From the IMG/VR virus record IMGVR_UViG_3300042876_000208, positions 1-64,000 of that record: 64,000 nt of DNA. The stretch is one strand, 5' to 3'. The notes under the pieces are model-generated. The model had not been told where the DNA came from. It made no database searches and saw only the letters and a program-made list of their open reading frames with translations. Below are positions 18,041-27,254 of this stretch, one piece after another (within the stretch, counting starts at the first letter, position 1; every line of letters starts with the position of its first letter). This DNA is from a virus (Duplodnaviria > Heunggongvirae > Uroviricota > Caudoviricetes). A program made the position numbers and the translations under genes.

Positions 18041-18334
18041 TTATCTCCCGTTCTCTGCTTCACAAAGGTGTGCTAATGTTTTACCCACAGAAATCCAGCC
18101 CTCAAACTCGAAGGTAAAGACATAGATAACAAAGTCTTTGATAATGTTCTCACCACAGAATGGACAACGATTAGTTGCTTCAATACTTTTTTCTGCGATT
18201 ACTCGTTCAAGGTCAATGGGCGCTCCACAATGCTCACACTTGGAAAATACTTCCTTGAGGTCTGCCATCATAACATATTGGTCAAAAGAATTACTCAATC
18301 TGAGACGATTAATAATAGTTTCTTTAATGTTCAT
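18041..18334 (-). CDS. zinc-ribbon protein
   Basis: CEHCGAP ... CPFCGENI. Confidence 0.45.
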   Translation of the reverse strand: MNIKETIINRLRLSNSFDQYVMMADLKEVFSKCEHCGAPIDLERVIAEKSIEATNRCPFCGENIIKDFVIYVFTFEFEGWISVGKTLAHLCEAENGR

Positions 18335-18536
18335 TGACTACCTCCTCATCCAAAACCACAACCATAGAATATTTCATAATCAGGTTCAAGAACCAATTGG
18401 TATTAATGAACATTCCGCAGGACAAGGTATTAAATCCCTTTAGCAGGTTCAGCACTTGCTTGCCGGATAGATTGTTCAGCATATTCAAGAGCAATGTGGT
18501 TATAAATAACAGATAAAATGTGTACATGGTAATCTC

Positions 18537-19109
18537 CTAAAAGAATGGAAAGATAGTCTTTAGATGTTCAGTATATTCCACATCAAAACCATCACAGCAA
18601 CTGACACGAACACCATGTGTTTCCACGTAGTAATTCAAATCCACTGAGATGGTCTTAAATTTATCAGAGAATTTGTGGCCTTTGAGATAATTAATACACT
18701 CTTTCCAGCCTTTATTATCGGGAAAGGATAGAGCAAATTCTTTCAGTTCCTTGATTGCTGCATCTAAGTCTTCCGGCTCAAAGCCTAAACTAACTGAGAT
18801 GTTCTCATATCCTTCAAGACCCCACCGCAGGTCAAAGATGCAATATTCAAGGTCATCACGTTTTACCTTTAACGTTCTTTTCAGACTTTTGCGTACTTGC
18901 TTGACAAGAAAATGATTTAAAAGAACTTCATTCTCAGGTTTTATTTGTAAATTGACCTCGGAGGCCTTATTCACTTGCTCTTTGGTCAATACCAACATAG
19001 TCCCTGAGTGACGTGGACTTTCGATTACGTAGCTATCTTCATCCAGTTTAAACATCAAAGGACGTGCTTTGTGGTTTACAAGAACGGCTTCTGTTTCCAT
19101 ATCAATCAT
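18537..19109 (-). CDS. hypothetical protein
   Basis: 190-aa ORF. Confidence 0.45.
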   Translation of the reverse strand: MIDMETEAVLVNHKARPLMFKLDEDSYVIESPRHSGTMLVLTKEQVNKASEVNLQIKPENEVLLNHFLVKQVRKSLKRTLKVKRDDLEYCIFDLRWGLEGYENISVSLGFEPEDLDAAIKELKEFALSFPDNKGWKECINYLKGHKFSDKFKTISVDLNYYVETHGVRVSCCDGFDVEYTEHLKTIFPFF

Positions 19110-19473
19110 CCTCTTCCATAGTTATTTGCACGATATGGGGTATCCATTTCCAACTGCGGAAATCGAATTGCTTGTCTCCGCGAGTGGCCCAAAGTTCCCA
19201 AGCCTCTGAACCAAGGTCAATGTTTATCTTCCCTTCGCCATAGCGTTTACTGTCAAATACATCGATGGTTAGGGAATTAGACAACTGCATCATATTGGTA
19301 TAGGTATTCAGAGTAACCATATCCACACCAAATTCTGAAATGAACTTGACTACCTTTTCATGCCTGGTTCTTACTTGTTGGCGTAAAGACTCTGGATATT
19401 GTTCCTCCTCAATCTTGAGAAAATAATCCAGCAACTTTCCGGCATGTGTACCTTTCAGAGTTTCAATATCCAT
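19102..19473 (-). CDS. hypothetical protein
   Basis: 123-aa ORF overlapping neighbour by 8 nt. Confidence 0.45.
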   Translation of the reverse strand: MDIETLKGTHAGKLLDYFLKIEEEQYPESLRQQVRTRHEKVVKFISEFGVDMVTLNTYTNMMQLSNSLTIDVFDSKRYGEGKINIDLGSEAWELWATRGDKQFDFRSWKWIPHIVQITMEEDD

Positions 19474-19480
19474 AACAACC

Positions 19481-19714
19481 TCACTTTACTGAATAAGTAG
19501 GAACAGACTCACAATGGTCATAAATGTCTGTAGGTGAGTGAAACATTTGTGCTACCCAGCCACGCTTGTAGCATACTTCACTCACAGTACAACCATGCCA
19601 TCCACCTAAGATGTTCATATGGCAGTCACGCATTTCAACGCGCTCTGTGGACATCATACCCATTCCCAGAGCAATGAGTAAAGCCACGATTATGATTAGA
19701 ACCAGGTTTTGCAT
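19481..19714 (-). CDS. small secreted/membrane protein
   Basis: 77 aa, N-terminal hydrophobic helix, four Cys. Confidence 0.4.
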   Translation of the reverse strand: MQNLVLIIIVALLIALGMGMMSTERVEMRDCHMNILGGWHGCTVSEVCYKRGWVAQMFHSPTDIYDHCESVPTYSVK

Positions 19715-19819
19715 ATTATCCTCCTTGAATTTAGTATGGTCTTACGAAAGAGCTAGTGCAGCGATGAACCACACTAGCCCTGGGCCTTACATTTGTTGCA
19801 CTGACACTACTTGCTTATA

Positions 19820-20431
19820 TTATTCCATACCATCCTGGTAGATGTCGTATGGATTTTCACCGAACACGTCGCTGGGCTTGACGGTGACAGGCATAACAAA
19901 GATAGAGATGAGGTCACCGCTGTTCAACATGACCGACACCGCGCTTTTGCCAGCCTCAACAAAGAGGGTATAGGCACGTGTGATGGCCTGCTTGAGCAAT
20001 GCGGGAACGCTGCTTGCCGGGACAACTTTCCATCCGTCACTTTCCAGGTATTGAACCAAGGCTGCCATATCTTTGTAGTTGGCAATCGTGCCACGCCCGA
20101 AGGTAGCTTTCAACCACCCGCTGATGGGGGTTTCAAACATAACTTCACCACCGGACTGAATGGCATTACGCATCATGGTGAAGCCAACACCACCGCCGGG
20201 TGTTCCCCATGCGAACAGGTAATTCTCACCATTGGTCAGGATGTAAGTACCCGTTCCACCCGTTACGGCCTGATTGAGCCAATACAGGGTAGTGCCGAGG
20301 TGAGCCGCGTAAACCTGGCCATCCGGAGGCAGGGGCGGGTTGATGGTCGCCGCAGATGGGTCGGGGGCGCAGGCGGCCAAAACGAGGGTCATGATTGTTA
20401 CAAACAACAGAGCGATACGAGCAAGTTTCAT
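19820..20431 (-). CDS. lipoprotein (signal peptidase II substrate), GC-rich island
   Basis: MKLARIALLFVTIMTLVLAAC lipobox; Gly/Thr-rich mature part; local GC visibly higher than flanks. Confidence 0.55.
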   Translation of the reverse strand: MKLARIALLFVTIMTLVLAACAPDPSAATINPPLPPDGQVYAAHLGTTLYWLNQAVTGGTGTYILTNGENYLFAWGTPGGGVGFTMMRNAIQSGGEVMFETPISGWLKATFGRGTIANYKDMAALVQYLESDGWKVVPASSVPALLKQAITRAYTLFVEAGKSAVSVMLNSGDLISIFVMPVTVKPSDVFGENPYDIYQDGME

Positions 20432-20705
20432 TTTACATTCTCCTTTCGAGAGACGAACTAAGATTAGTTATCTAGCCTGAGCTAGTTTAACTTACTAAAA
20501 TACCAATTGTCCGCTGCAAATCTACCCGTGATGTTGTTAACTTGGCCTTCTCTGAAATCTGCAATTGTGGACATTTCAACACCAAGTCCCGTTCTAGGAA
20601 TAGTTGAGAAACCTTTTGGAAAGCGGTCAATGGCCTGCATGGAAATAGTCTGTTGTCTTGGAAACCACTTGATTATATATACTTTCAGAATAGTAATTTC
20701 CATAG

Positions 20706-21026
20706 TTACCTCAACTTACTAAACTGTTCCCAAACTTTTCTACTAATACGCACCCAACCGTCTGCTGGATTTAAGCGATTGCGTTTCCAGTTTATAATAT
20801 ATAAATCGCCAGTATTCACGTTCAAATAACATTCCGGCTCTACCAATTGAGTATCCGGCGACTGGTCTACAATATAGTCGATATTAACTCCTTCACCATA
20901 GTTACCATTTACATCAAGAACAGTGTTATCATCAAACTCAATGGTTACACCATAAGGTTCAGTATCATTTCCTACCAGAACCTCTTTGAACTCTTTGATA
21001 CGTTTTCCAGTAAGATTGAGTGTCAT
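20706..21026 (-). CDS. hypothetical protein
   Basis: 106-aa ORF. Confidence 0.4.
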   Translation of the reverse strand: MTLNLTGKRIKEFKEVLVGNDTEPYGVTIEFDDNTVLDVNGNYGEGVNIDYIVDQSPDTQLVEPECYLNVNTGDLYIINWKRNRLNPADGWVRISRKVWEQFSKLR

Positions 21027-21283
21027 TTTAATACCTTCTTTCCAACGAACTCATGGTAGTACCACATCGCAACATGGTTCAGAAAATACATCATTACAAA
21101 TAATTGAAGATATTGCATTTCCTCTGCGGTTAAGATGCGATACATGAACTTGTTTGCAAAGGTGAATAAAGCCAGATATGAAATAGCTTTAGACAATCCA
21201 GCTATGCTTGTTGAAGCAATAAACATTGGCCAAATTTTGTGCTTATTCAAGTCACCAATCCAGATATTTATGGCTTTTATCAT
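21023..21283 (-). CDS. small membrane protein
   Basis: 86 aa with hydrophobic helices. Confidence 0.4.
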   Translation of the reverse strand: MIKAINIWIGDLNKHKIWPMFIASTSIAGLSKAISYLALFTFANKFMYRILTAEEMQYLQLFVMMYFLNHVAMWYYHEFVGKKVLK

Positions 21284-22042
21284 TTAGGCCTCCTTGTGGA
21301 ACAGGAAAAGCTTACCATCATTGCTCTCGAAATGCTTCTTTATTTCAGGATTGCTCATAGCATGCCAACCGGAGTCCACGTTATAAAACACGCAAATAAT
21401 ATCATCGTCTGCGGTATTGATTACATTCTTGAAAAATGCTTCCATACCATCTGGGCGGGTCATCGGATTATAGGCATAAATAAGATTGTAGCTCTTGAAA
21501 TCCCAGGTTGTAATATCACCCTGTTTCACGTTAATTGTTCTTCTTAATGCTTTAGCCGGAGAAACTAGGAACGGATTATATTCCACACCCTCCCAGATAT
21601 TAGCGGTAGTCTTGAACACACAATCAAAGAATGTCTGAGCAAGTAAAACCTTATCGCCCATGCCTGAGCCTGCATCTACAAAACGAATGGTATCAGTTTT
21701 AGTTCTAAGCAGTTTAGTCGCTTTGTGCATAGTAAAAATAAACTCATCTGACCAAAGAGGAATGTAAGGATAGGCATCAAACCCACTGGGCGGGTTTTCA
21801 GCGTCTTTACCAAATTTTTTGCACTCAAAAATAGACTCACTGAGATTAAGCCGTTTCTCAAGTACATACATAACTCTTGGTGGAAGATAGTTATCTGGGT
21901 TATCATCCAAGTATTTCAGGACACCTTGGCAGATAAGCGGGGTTGGAATAATATTGAGAATAGGTGAGTCCGATTCTGAACTCACTAGCAACTTGAGTGC
22001 CTCAGAAGCGGTTTCTGGAAAATCAAATATTACTTGTTTCAT
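21284..22042 (-). CDS. putative class-I SAM-dependent methyltransferase
   Basis: FVDAGSGMGDKVL resembles MTase motif I; start moved to internal Met (perfect AAGGAG RBS 7 nt upstream), which avoids overlap with the tRNA-like element. Confidence 0.4.
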   Translation of the reverse strand: MKQVIFDFPETASEALKLLVSSESDSPILNIIPTPLICQGVLKYLDDNPDNYLPPRVMYVLEKRLNLSESIFECKKFGKDAENPPSGFDAYPYIPLWSDEFIFTMHKATKLLRTKTDTIRFVDAGSGMGDKVLLAQTFFDCVFKTTANIWEGVEYNPFLVSPAKALRRTINVKQGDITTWDFKSYNLIYAYNPMTRPDGMEAFFKNVINTADDDIICVFYNVDSGWHAMSNPEIKKHFESNDGKLFLFHKEA

Positions 22043-22074
22043 TTCAGTCTCCTTTTTGAATTGTATGAAACAGA

Positions 22075-22140
22075 AGCACCGATGGGATTTGAACCCATGC
22101 ACAGCGTATCCGCTTGCTCTACCAACTGAGCTACGGTGCT
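22075..22140 (-). other. tRNA-like element with truncated anticodon arm (66 nt)
   Basis: Perfect acceptor AGCACCG/CGGTGCT, canonical U8 and D-arm GCTCAGTTGGTAGAGC, canonical T-arm ATGGG-TTCAAAT-CCCAT, but only 16 nt (AGCG-GATA-CGCT-GTGC) where the anticodon arm plus variable loop (~22 nt) should be. Confidence 0.45.
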
Positions 22141-22156
22141 TGCCTACTACATGGAG

Positions 22157-22474
22157 CTAATCGTGAATTTTCTTTAAAGATGTGGCCAAAACAACGTAAT
22201 CTTGACTGATTGAACCTGGTTCACGACAGGTGACCACTAGACTTGGTGTATTTCCCGAAATGGCATCTGCACCACAAGTGCTGTACTTTGTTAAGGTTTC
22301 CACTTTGCCTTCTATGGTAACTTCATATACCCTTGTAGTGGAAAATGCTTCCTGTTTAGGCGCACCAGGTAAGTTGGTGTTCCCCTCAGCAGGGCCACAA
22401 GCCGCTACAATCAATGCCAAGACAAACAACATGGCCAGTAATACATACCAGGGGTTAATCCTTGCGTTTTTCAT
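22157..22474 (-). CDS. lipoprotein
   Basis: Signal peptide ending LIVAAC lipobox. Confidence 0.5.
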   Translation of the reverse strand: MKNARINPWYVLLAMLFVLALIVAACGPAEGNTNLPGAPKQEAFSTTRVYEVTIEGKVETLTKYSTCGADAISGNTPSLVVTCREPGSISQDYVVLATSLKKIHD

Positions 22475-22685
22475 ATTTCCTCACAGCTCGCTTGCGTTTG
22501 AGCCAACGTGGTAACCAGCCACGCATGGTTGAAAGGATTTCCTGAGCATCCAGGCCAATCTTTGGGGCAACGAACTTCACCGCAATCCAGAGCAATTTGA
22601 CTGAGAGCCAAACCACAAGTAGGATTACCAGGGCCATGCCACCAAACTGTACAATATTGTACAAGAACTTTATGCCGATACCCAC
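22455..22685 (-). CDS. small membrane protein
   Basis: 76 aa, two TM helices, basic C-terminus. Confidence 0.4.
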   Translation of the reverse strand: MGIGIKFLYNIVQFGGMALVILLVVWLSVKLLWIAVKFVAPKIGLDAQEILSTMRGWLPRWLKRKRAVRKYEKRKD

Positions 22686-22694
22686 GATTACCTC

Positions 22695-23615
22695 CTAGGG
22701 CTGGGGAACGGGCACGATGTTAGTGCCTGTGGTATTAAAGAACTGGGTCAAGTCGGTTCCTTCGGGGATGAAGTAAACCGTTCCTGTACCGAACATACGC
22801 TGGATGAGTTCCAGGCGCTTGAGTTCAAATGCCTGCGGGTTATCGGTGTAGACCTGCTGGGCGGCGGCAACTTTCTTGCCTTCACGCTGGGCGATTTCAA
22901 CATCAATAGCGGTTTGAGCTTTCTGCACGTCGAGCTGCTTTTCCAAGACGGTCTTGCTCTTTTCGGCCTGCAAGATGTCATTGGCAGCCTGTTGATTAAT
23001 CAACGACTGCCTTTGAACCTCAACTTCGGTATTGACACGCAGCAAGGCTTTGTCGTTCAAAGCTTTCATGTATTCAGCAGACGGGGCAACGTTTTCAATG
23101 GTCACATTGATGATTTCTGCAGAATATTTTTCAGAGTCTTGCTCAAGCTGGTCTTTGATGTTATTGGCCAGACCATTGCGGTCATCAAGCAACTTGTCCA
23201 GGGTGAATGAACGAACGCCATTCTTCATGCCCTCACGAGCGGTAGCGGCCACCGTGTTCACAAAGTTACCATCATCAGTCAATGTAGACCAATTCGTCAT
23301 CAAGTTCATGACGGAGTCCTTGTCGGACTTGCGGCGAGCCTGGATGGTCACTTTCAAGCCAATCGCCTGATTATCCGAGGTAAGCACCTCGGGGTCTTCA
23401 ACGCTGAACGTAAGTGCATCCACGTTGATGACCTTGATTTCAGCGAGAGCGCCACCGCTGTACATGCCTGGGCCAACCACGTTCACAATCTTGTTGGACT
23501 CCATTTGCACGGCCACCTGGTTCGGGTTAACGTCCGCGTTCCAGTAACAACCGCTGGTGATGAGGGTGAACAAAACGAGCAATACTGTCAAAAGCGATAA
23601 CTTACTGAATTTCAT
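22695..23615 (-). CDS. SPFH/band-7 (stomatin/prohibitin/HflKC-like) lipoprotein
   Basis: Lipobox LITSGC; central SPFH-like core followed by long Ala/Gln/Glu-rich coiled coil (QRQSLINQQAANDILQAEKSKTVLEKQLDVQKAQTAIDVEIAQREGKK); GC-rich. Confidence 0.6.
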   Translation of the reverse strand: MKFSKLSLLTVLLVLFTLITSGCYWNADVNPNQVAVQMESNKIVNVVGPGMYSGGALAEIKVINVDALTFSVEDPEVLTSDNQAIGLKVTIQARRKSDKDSVMNLMTNWSTLTDDGNFVNTVAATAREGMKNGVRSFTLDKLLDDRNGLANNIKDQLEQDSEKYSAEIINVTIENVAPSAEYMKALNDKALLRVNTEVEVQRQSLINQQAANDILQAEKSKTVLEKQLDVQKAQTAIDVEIAQREGKKVAAAQQVYTDNPQAFELKRLELIQRMFGTGTVYFIPEGTDLTQFFNTTGTNIVPVPQP

Positions 23616-23626
23616 TTAGAACCTCC

Positions 23627-23866
23627 TTAATGAACACTTGGCTGAATGGAATTTAGGACTATGGCTAACCAGCCACCGATTGCCACAGCCAGACAAATAA
23701 ACCCTATTGTAATTACCAGGGCTTTTATCTTCTTATTAACAACCATGCGAACGCTCCGAGTAGTACGATTGAAGGACAAAATGAGGAAGCAGCCAAGAGC
23801 CTTTGCCACGCTGGATAATCCATAGTCAATGCAATTCTGCCCAAAAGAACTGCACATACTCCACAA
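23627..23866 (-). CDS. small membrane protein
   Basis: 79 aa, hydrophobic C-terminal helices. Confidence 0.4.
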   Translation of the reverse strand: MWSMCSSFGQNCIDYGLSSVAKALGCFLILSFNRTTRSVRMVVNKKIKALVITIGFICLAVAIGGWLAIVLNSIQPSVH

Positions 23867-23887
23867 ATGGCATAGACTATTGGGTGG

Positions 23888-24058
23888 TTCATTTAGTGCT
23901 CCTTCTTGTTTTTCTTGCTTTTGGATGCTTCAGCATCGTAATCCTCTAAGCTGGGTTTGGTAGTAGATTTACCACCAATTTTCTTGCCCTGCTCAAGAGC
24001 GGCCAATTCCTCAGCCGTGATGCCAATTACCTGCTTGTAGCGGTCGTTGCGAGTCTTG
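23888..24058 (-). CDS. small basic protein (about 56 aa)
   Basis: Hand-translated MHKTRNDRYKQVIGITAEELAALEQGKKIGGKSTT..., below ORF-track length cut-off. Confidence 0.3.
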
Positions 24059-24173
24059 TGCATGATAACCTTCTTATTTATTGTACATAATTACTGCAAT
24101 AATCAAGAACAAGATTACCAATCCAGCGTAATCTAGTTCAAGTTCAAACGGGCCAATTTTAATCCTGAACATT

Positions 24174-24335
24174 ACTTGCCCCGATTGATACGGCGGGAGG
24201 CCTTGGACTGCTTGCGAGCCTTTTTGCTCTGGCTCTTGTTCTTCTTGGTGATACCAATTGAAGAAATCTTAGTAACATGCTCTACTGGTTTGAGCGGGGT
24301 TTCTTCAAAGGTTTCTACGATTTTTTCGTTCATAA
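24174..24335 (-). CDS. small Lys/Arg-rich protein (about 53 aa)
   Basis: Hand-translated MNEKIVETFEETPLKPVEHVTKISSIGITKKNKSQSKKARKQSKASRRINRGK. Confidence 0.3.
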
Positions 24336-24356
24336 CGAGTCTCCTTGTATAAGATT

Positions 24357-24488
24357 AGGTCTATCAAAACTAATAGACCTTTAAAACTGAGCAAGCACTT
24401 GGCGTGTCCCGGCTTATAGCTCTGAACATCCTTTAATCTCTAGCGAACCGACTTACTCAGTTTTAAAGGACTACTAGATGTAGTCCTT
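24357..24488. ncRNA. structured element: three interlocking hairpins
   Basis: H1 aggtctat/atagacct (24357-24380), H2 long-range 18-bp cctttaaaactgagcaag / cttactcagttttaaagg (24378-24395 with 24452-24469), H3 aaggactac/gtagtcctt (24466-24488). Confidence 0.4.
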
Positions 24489-24496
24489 CCCATGCT

Positions 24497-24604
24497 TTAC
24501 AAATAAAGTGGAACGGGTGTTGGCTGGCCGTTGGCATTGGCAATAGCGGCTGCAATGAGTACAATCACAAGCAAAATCATCATAATCCAGAACGGGTTAG
24601 GCAT
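24497..24604 (-). CDS. small hydrophobic peptide (about 35 aa)
   Basis: Hand-translated MPNPFWIMMILLVIVLIAAAIANANGQPTPVPLYL. Confidence 0.3.
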   Translation of the reverse strand: MPNPFWIMMILLVIVLIAAAIANANGQPTPVPLYL

Positions 24605-24698
24605 GTTATCCTCCTTTTTTATGGAATGATGTAGGCTAGAAATGCACCTACTGCTGAGATTACAAAAAGCAATTCAAAGAACAGGGAAAGGGACATTT

Positions 24699-25010
24699 TT
24701 ATACTCCTACGGTTAAAGATTGGGCGAGCAATTCGATACTCACTCCACTATCAGACATTAAATAAATCTTGTAGCGGTCTCCAATTTGTTCAACGGATAC
24801 CATATCGCATCCTGCCTCAAATTCAGCATCCGTACCATCGAAGTACAAGTAAACAATGATGGGTTCATCAGTCTTGCGGGGTTCAATCACAAGGGCAAAC
24901 TGACGGTCACTAAATAAGCCAGCGTTCCTCGGGTGTGCATATTTCTTGAGAACGCTGGAAAGATAAACGCCATCCTCGGCTGTGAGTTTTTCAACAAAGA
25001 GTGATTTCAT
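24699..25010 (-). CDS. hypothetical protein
   Basis: 103-aa ORF. Confidence 0.4.
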   Translation of the reverse strand: MKSLFVEKLTAEDGVYLSSVLKKYAHPRNAGLFSDRQFALVIEPRKTDEPIIVYLYFDGTDAEFEAGCDMVSVEQIGDRYKIYLMSDSGVSIELLAQSLTVGV

Positions 25011-25348
25011 TGTGCCTCCAAAGCCTGGTCAAGCTTGTCCTTGAAAGATGAAAGCGGAGGAAGCAGACCCTTACATTCCTCGAGGTCAAACGATTTTCGC
25101 CAATCATTCCAGTATTTTTCAACAAAGCTGGTAAGAGAATGAATGTGCTTATCCATGTTGAAGCGATTGAATTGCTTAGCCGCTTCATCCTCACTCATGG
25201 TAGGTTTGATGTGCCAACGAAATTCAAGAGTAATATCAAGTTGTTGTTGAGCCTTTTGATGTTCAGCCCAATAACGGGCCTCTTTCAAAGCCAGACGCTG
25301 AAACAGTCTAAAGGACTTTTTGTTGAAGTCTTTTTCGTTCATAGTCAA
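25007..25348 (-). CDS. hypothetical protein
   Basis: 113-aa ORF, overlapping stop/start with previous. Confidence 0.4.
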   Translation of the reverse strand: MTMNEKDFNKKSFRLFQRLALKEARYWAEHQKAQQQLDITLEFRWHIKPTMSEDEAAKQFNRFNMDKHIHSLTSFVEKYWNDWRKSFDLEECKGLLPPLSSFKDKLDQALEAQ

Positions 25349-25368
25349 TCTCCTTTTGGATAATAATA

Positions 25369-25390
25369 AACCCGCCTTTTGGCGGGTTTT
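25369..25390. terminator. intrinsic terminator-like hairpin
   Basis: aaacccgcc-tttt-ggcgggttt, 9-bp GC-rich stem flanked by A/T runs on both sides. Confidence 0.55.
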
Positions 25391-25409
25391 AGATTGTGAA
25401 TTGAATTTT

Positions 25410-26462
25410 TTAGAAGGTTTGTACGGGGATTACCTGACCCATGAATACTCTGAGTTCCCATTCAGCGGCGGTTTTGACTTTATCGCCATATTCCCAGCGG
25501 GTGTAGTTGTCTTTGACAATATCTGGCCACAAGACCACCGTGTTGGTCGGAGTGTGAATGAAACCTATGTGAATTTTAGCTTTGTAATCTTTAAGAGCTT
25601 CTTCAAGAGGATTGGCTGTGACAAATGCACCCAAGTCACGCAGGTTCTTGAACATGGCTTTCAGGTCGTTGGATAACTCGGCTTGTTTCACAATAGATTC
25701 TTCATGCTTGTAATATTCAGGATTTTTGGGATTAGCAGAGGTTTCTCGAAAAACTACCTTGCCCGGTCTAGCTGCTTCATTCTCAGCCGTTACGCTATCA
25801 AACCAAGCAATTCCATCGTGAAGATACTCAATAACCTTTTTAGACTTCAACTCAACAAAGAGAGTATCACCATCGCTCAGGTTGAACATACCAATATTGG
25901 TATAGCGGAACTTCTTTGAATGGTCGGGAGTGGGATTATCATTTTCTGAAAGCAGGTAAGCCCAAATTCGTTCACCCTGTTCCCGCATCTCCTTAATTTC
26001 CTTGACACGGGATTTATCATGCAGGACTTTGCCAGATTTACCAAATTGTACCCAACTACCTTCGGCATATAATGGTAGAACTGGTGTACCCGGCACGGTC
26101 ATCTTGACGGTAGTAGCAGCCTTGGCTTTCAGGCTAAACTTGCCCGTATGCGGATTATTCTCAGTCTTTTTAATATCCCCTAATACTGAGATAGTTCCAT
26201 CGGGGAACAGGACAATTGCTTTACCATCTTGTTTAGCACGGTGCAGCAAATCAAGTACGTATTGTAACTCGGCAAGTAAATTGGAGTCTGTCATAAGATT
26301 ATCCTTGTACGCCCCAAAAGGCGTCTGCACGTTGCTTTTCGGCATCTGAACACTTGGCATGAAACTCGTTAGCCATCTCCGGAGTTTCAAACTCAAGAAT
26401 TTCATCGCGCTTTTCACCACTCTGATACCAAGTGAAGGCAACCATGTTCTCAACAACTTCAA
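25410..26462 (-). CDS. hypothetical protein (350 aa; true start may be internal)
   Basis: Long ORF; no motif confidently recognised. Confidence 0.45.
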   Translation of the reverse strand: MKLLRTWLPSLGIRVVKSAMKFLSLKLRRWLTSFMPSVQMPKSNVQTPFGAYKDNLMTDSNLLAELQYVLDLLHRAKQDGKAIVLFPDGTISVLGDIKKTENNPHTGKFSLKAKAATTVKMTVPGTPVLPLYAEGSWVQFGKSGKVLHDKSRVKEIKEMREQGERIWAYLLSENDNPTPDHSKKFRYTNIGMFNLSDGDTLFVELKSKKVIEYLHDGIAWFDSVTAENEAARPGKVVFRETSANPKNPEYYKHEESIVKQAELSNDLKAMFKNLRDLGAFVTANPLEEALKDYKAKIHIGFIHTPTNTVVLWPDIVKDNYTRWEYGDKVKTAAEWELRVFMGQVIPVQTF

Positions 26463-26631
26463 TCATAGGAAAGTCATCATACTTCAAGTTCCACACTCGA
26501 AGTGTGCGAGGCCAACGTTCGGCTTCCGGTGAATTGAGTCTTAGAAGTTTATTTTCCATGTTATTTACCTTTCCAGGCAAACTTGATTGGGCAATAGTAA
26601 TTGTAATTGCGAAGGGCATTTCCGAAGGCAA
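26299..26631 (-). CDS. hypothetical protein
   Basis: 110-aa ORF. Confidence 0.4.
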   Translation of the reverse strand: MPSEMPFAITITIAQSSLPGKVNNMENKLLRLNSPEAERWPRTLRVWNLKYDDFPMIEVVENMVAFTWYQSGEKRDEILEFETPEMANEFHAKCSDAEKQRADAFWGVQG

Positions 26632-26765
26632 AATGTCGTGCCCAATTCATATTGAACTTGTAACTCCGAAGGAAAGCAAATTGTTTGTTCTTCATAATCT
26701 TATCCTTTTGTCAGTTGGTTACACATAACCGTACTCGAATTACTTCAAATACGGATGGTGTGTCA

Positions 26766-27179
26766 CTAACTCCATTTTTGACTAACTTGCTTGTAGAACT
26801 GAATTGTTCTGCCGGAACGCATCGCGTATAAAGGAATGGGGAATTGATGCTCTGGGTGGTAGCATACATGATACTGAGCTACAAAACCATCATCCAGGTT
26901 GGGAAAGATTTCCTTGTATGGTTCATATATATCTGCATCAAGTAACTTTCCGAAGGTGCAAGCCTCAGCCGAGATAGGTTGAGAAATAATCGGGGCAACT
27001 TGCTTCAATTGGTCAAGTAGGGTTTGCTTGTCTGCATCAAACTTGCATCGGGAGCAAAGTGTACGCCCGATTGGGTGAGCAGGTGAGGGCGGTTCATTGT
27101 ACAGTTTGCTAATTGAAATGTGATGCCCACAGCCATTGCATTGTTCATATTGAACTCCATCCATGATTACGCCAGACAT
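26766..27179 (-). CDS. zinc-finger protein (first gene of leftward transcription unit)
   Basis: CNGCGHH ... CSRCKFD; lies immediately downstream of the leftward promoter. Confidence 0.45.
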   Translation of the reverse strand: MSGVIMDGVQYEQCNGCGHHISISKLYNEPPSPAHPIGRTLCSRCKFDADKQTLLDQLKQVAPIISQPISAEACTFGKLLDADIYEPYKEIFPNLDDGFVAQYHVCYHPEHQFPIPLYAMRSGRTIQFYKQVSQKWS

Positions 27180-27254
27180 ATTTTTATCCTTTTTTGAATT
27201 TGAAGTTCGAAGTTAAAATGTAATCGCACGGGCATGTATAACCACCCGCCCCTA

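Noticed and set aside
22042-22102. N-terminal extension of the methyltransferase ORF (the track starts it at 22102)
   Set aside because: The extension would overlap the tRNA-like element. An internal Met with a perfect AAGGAG RBS gives a cleaner start.
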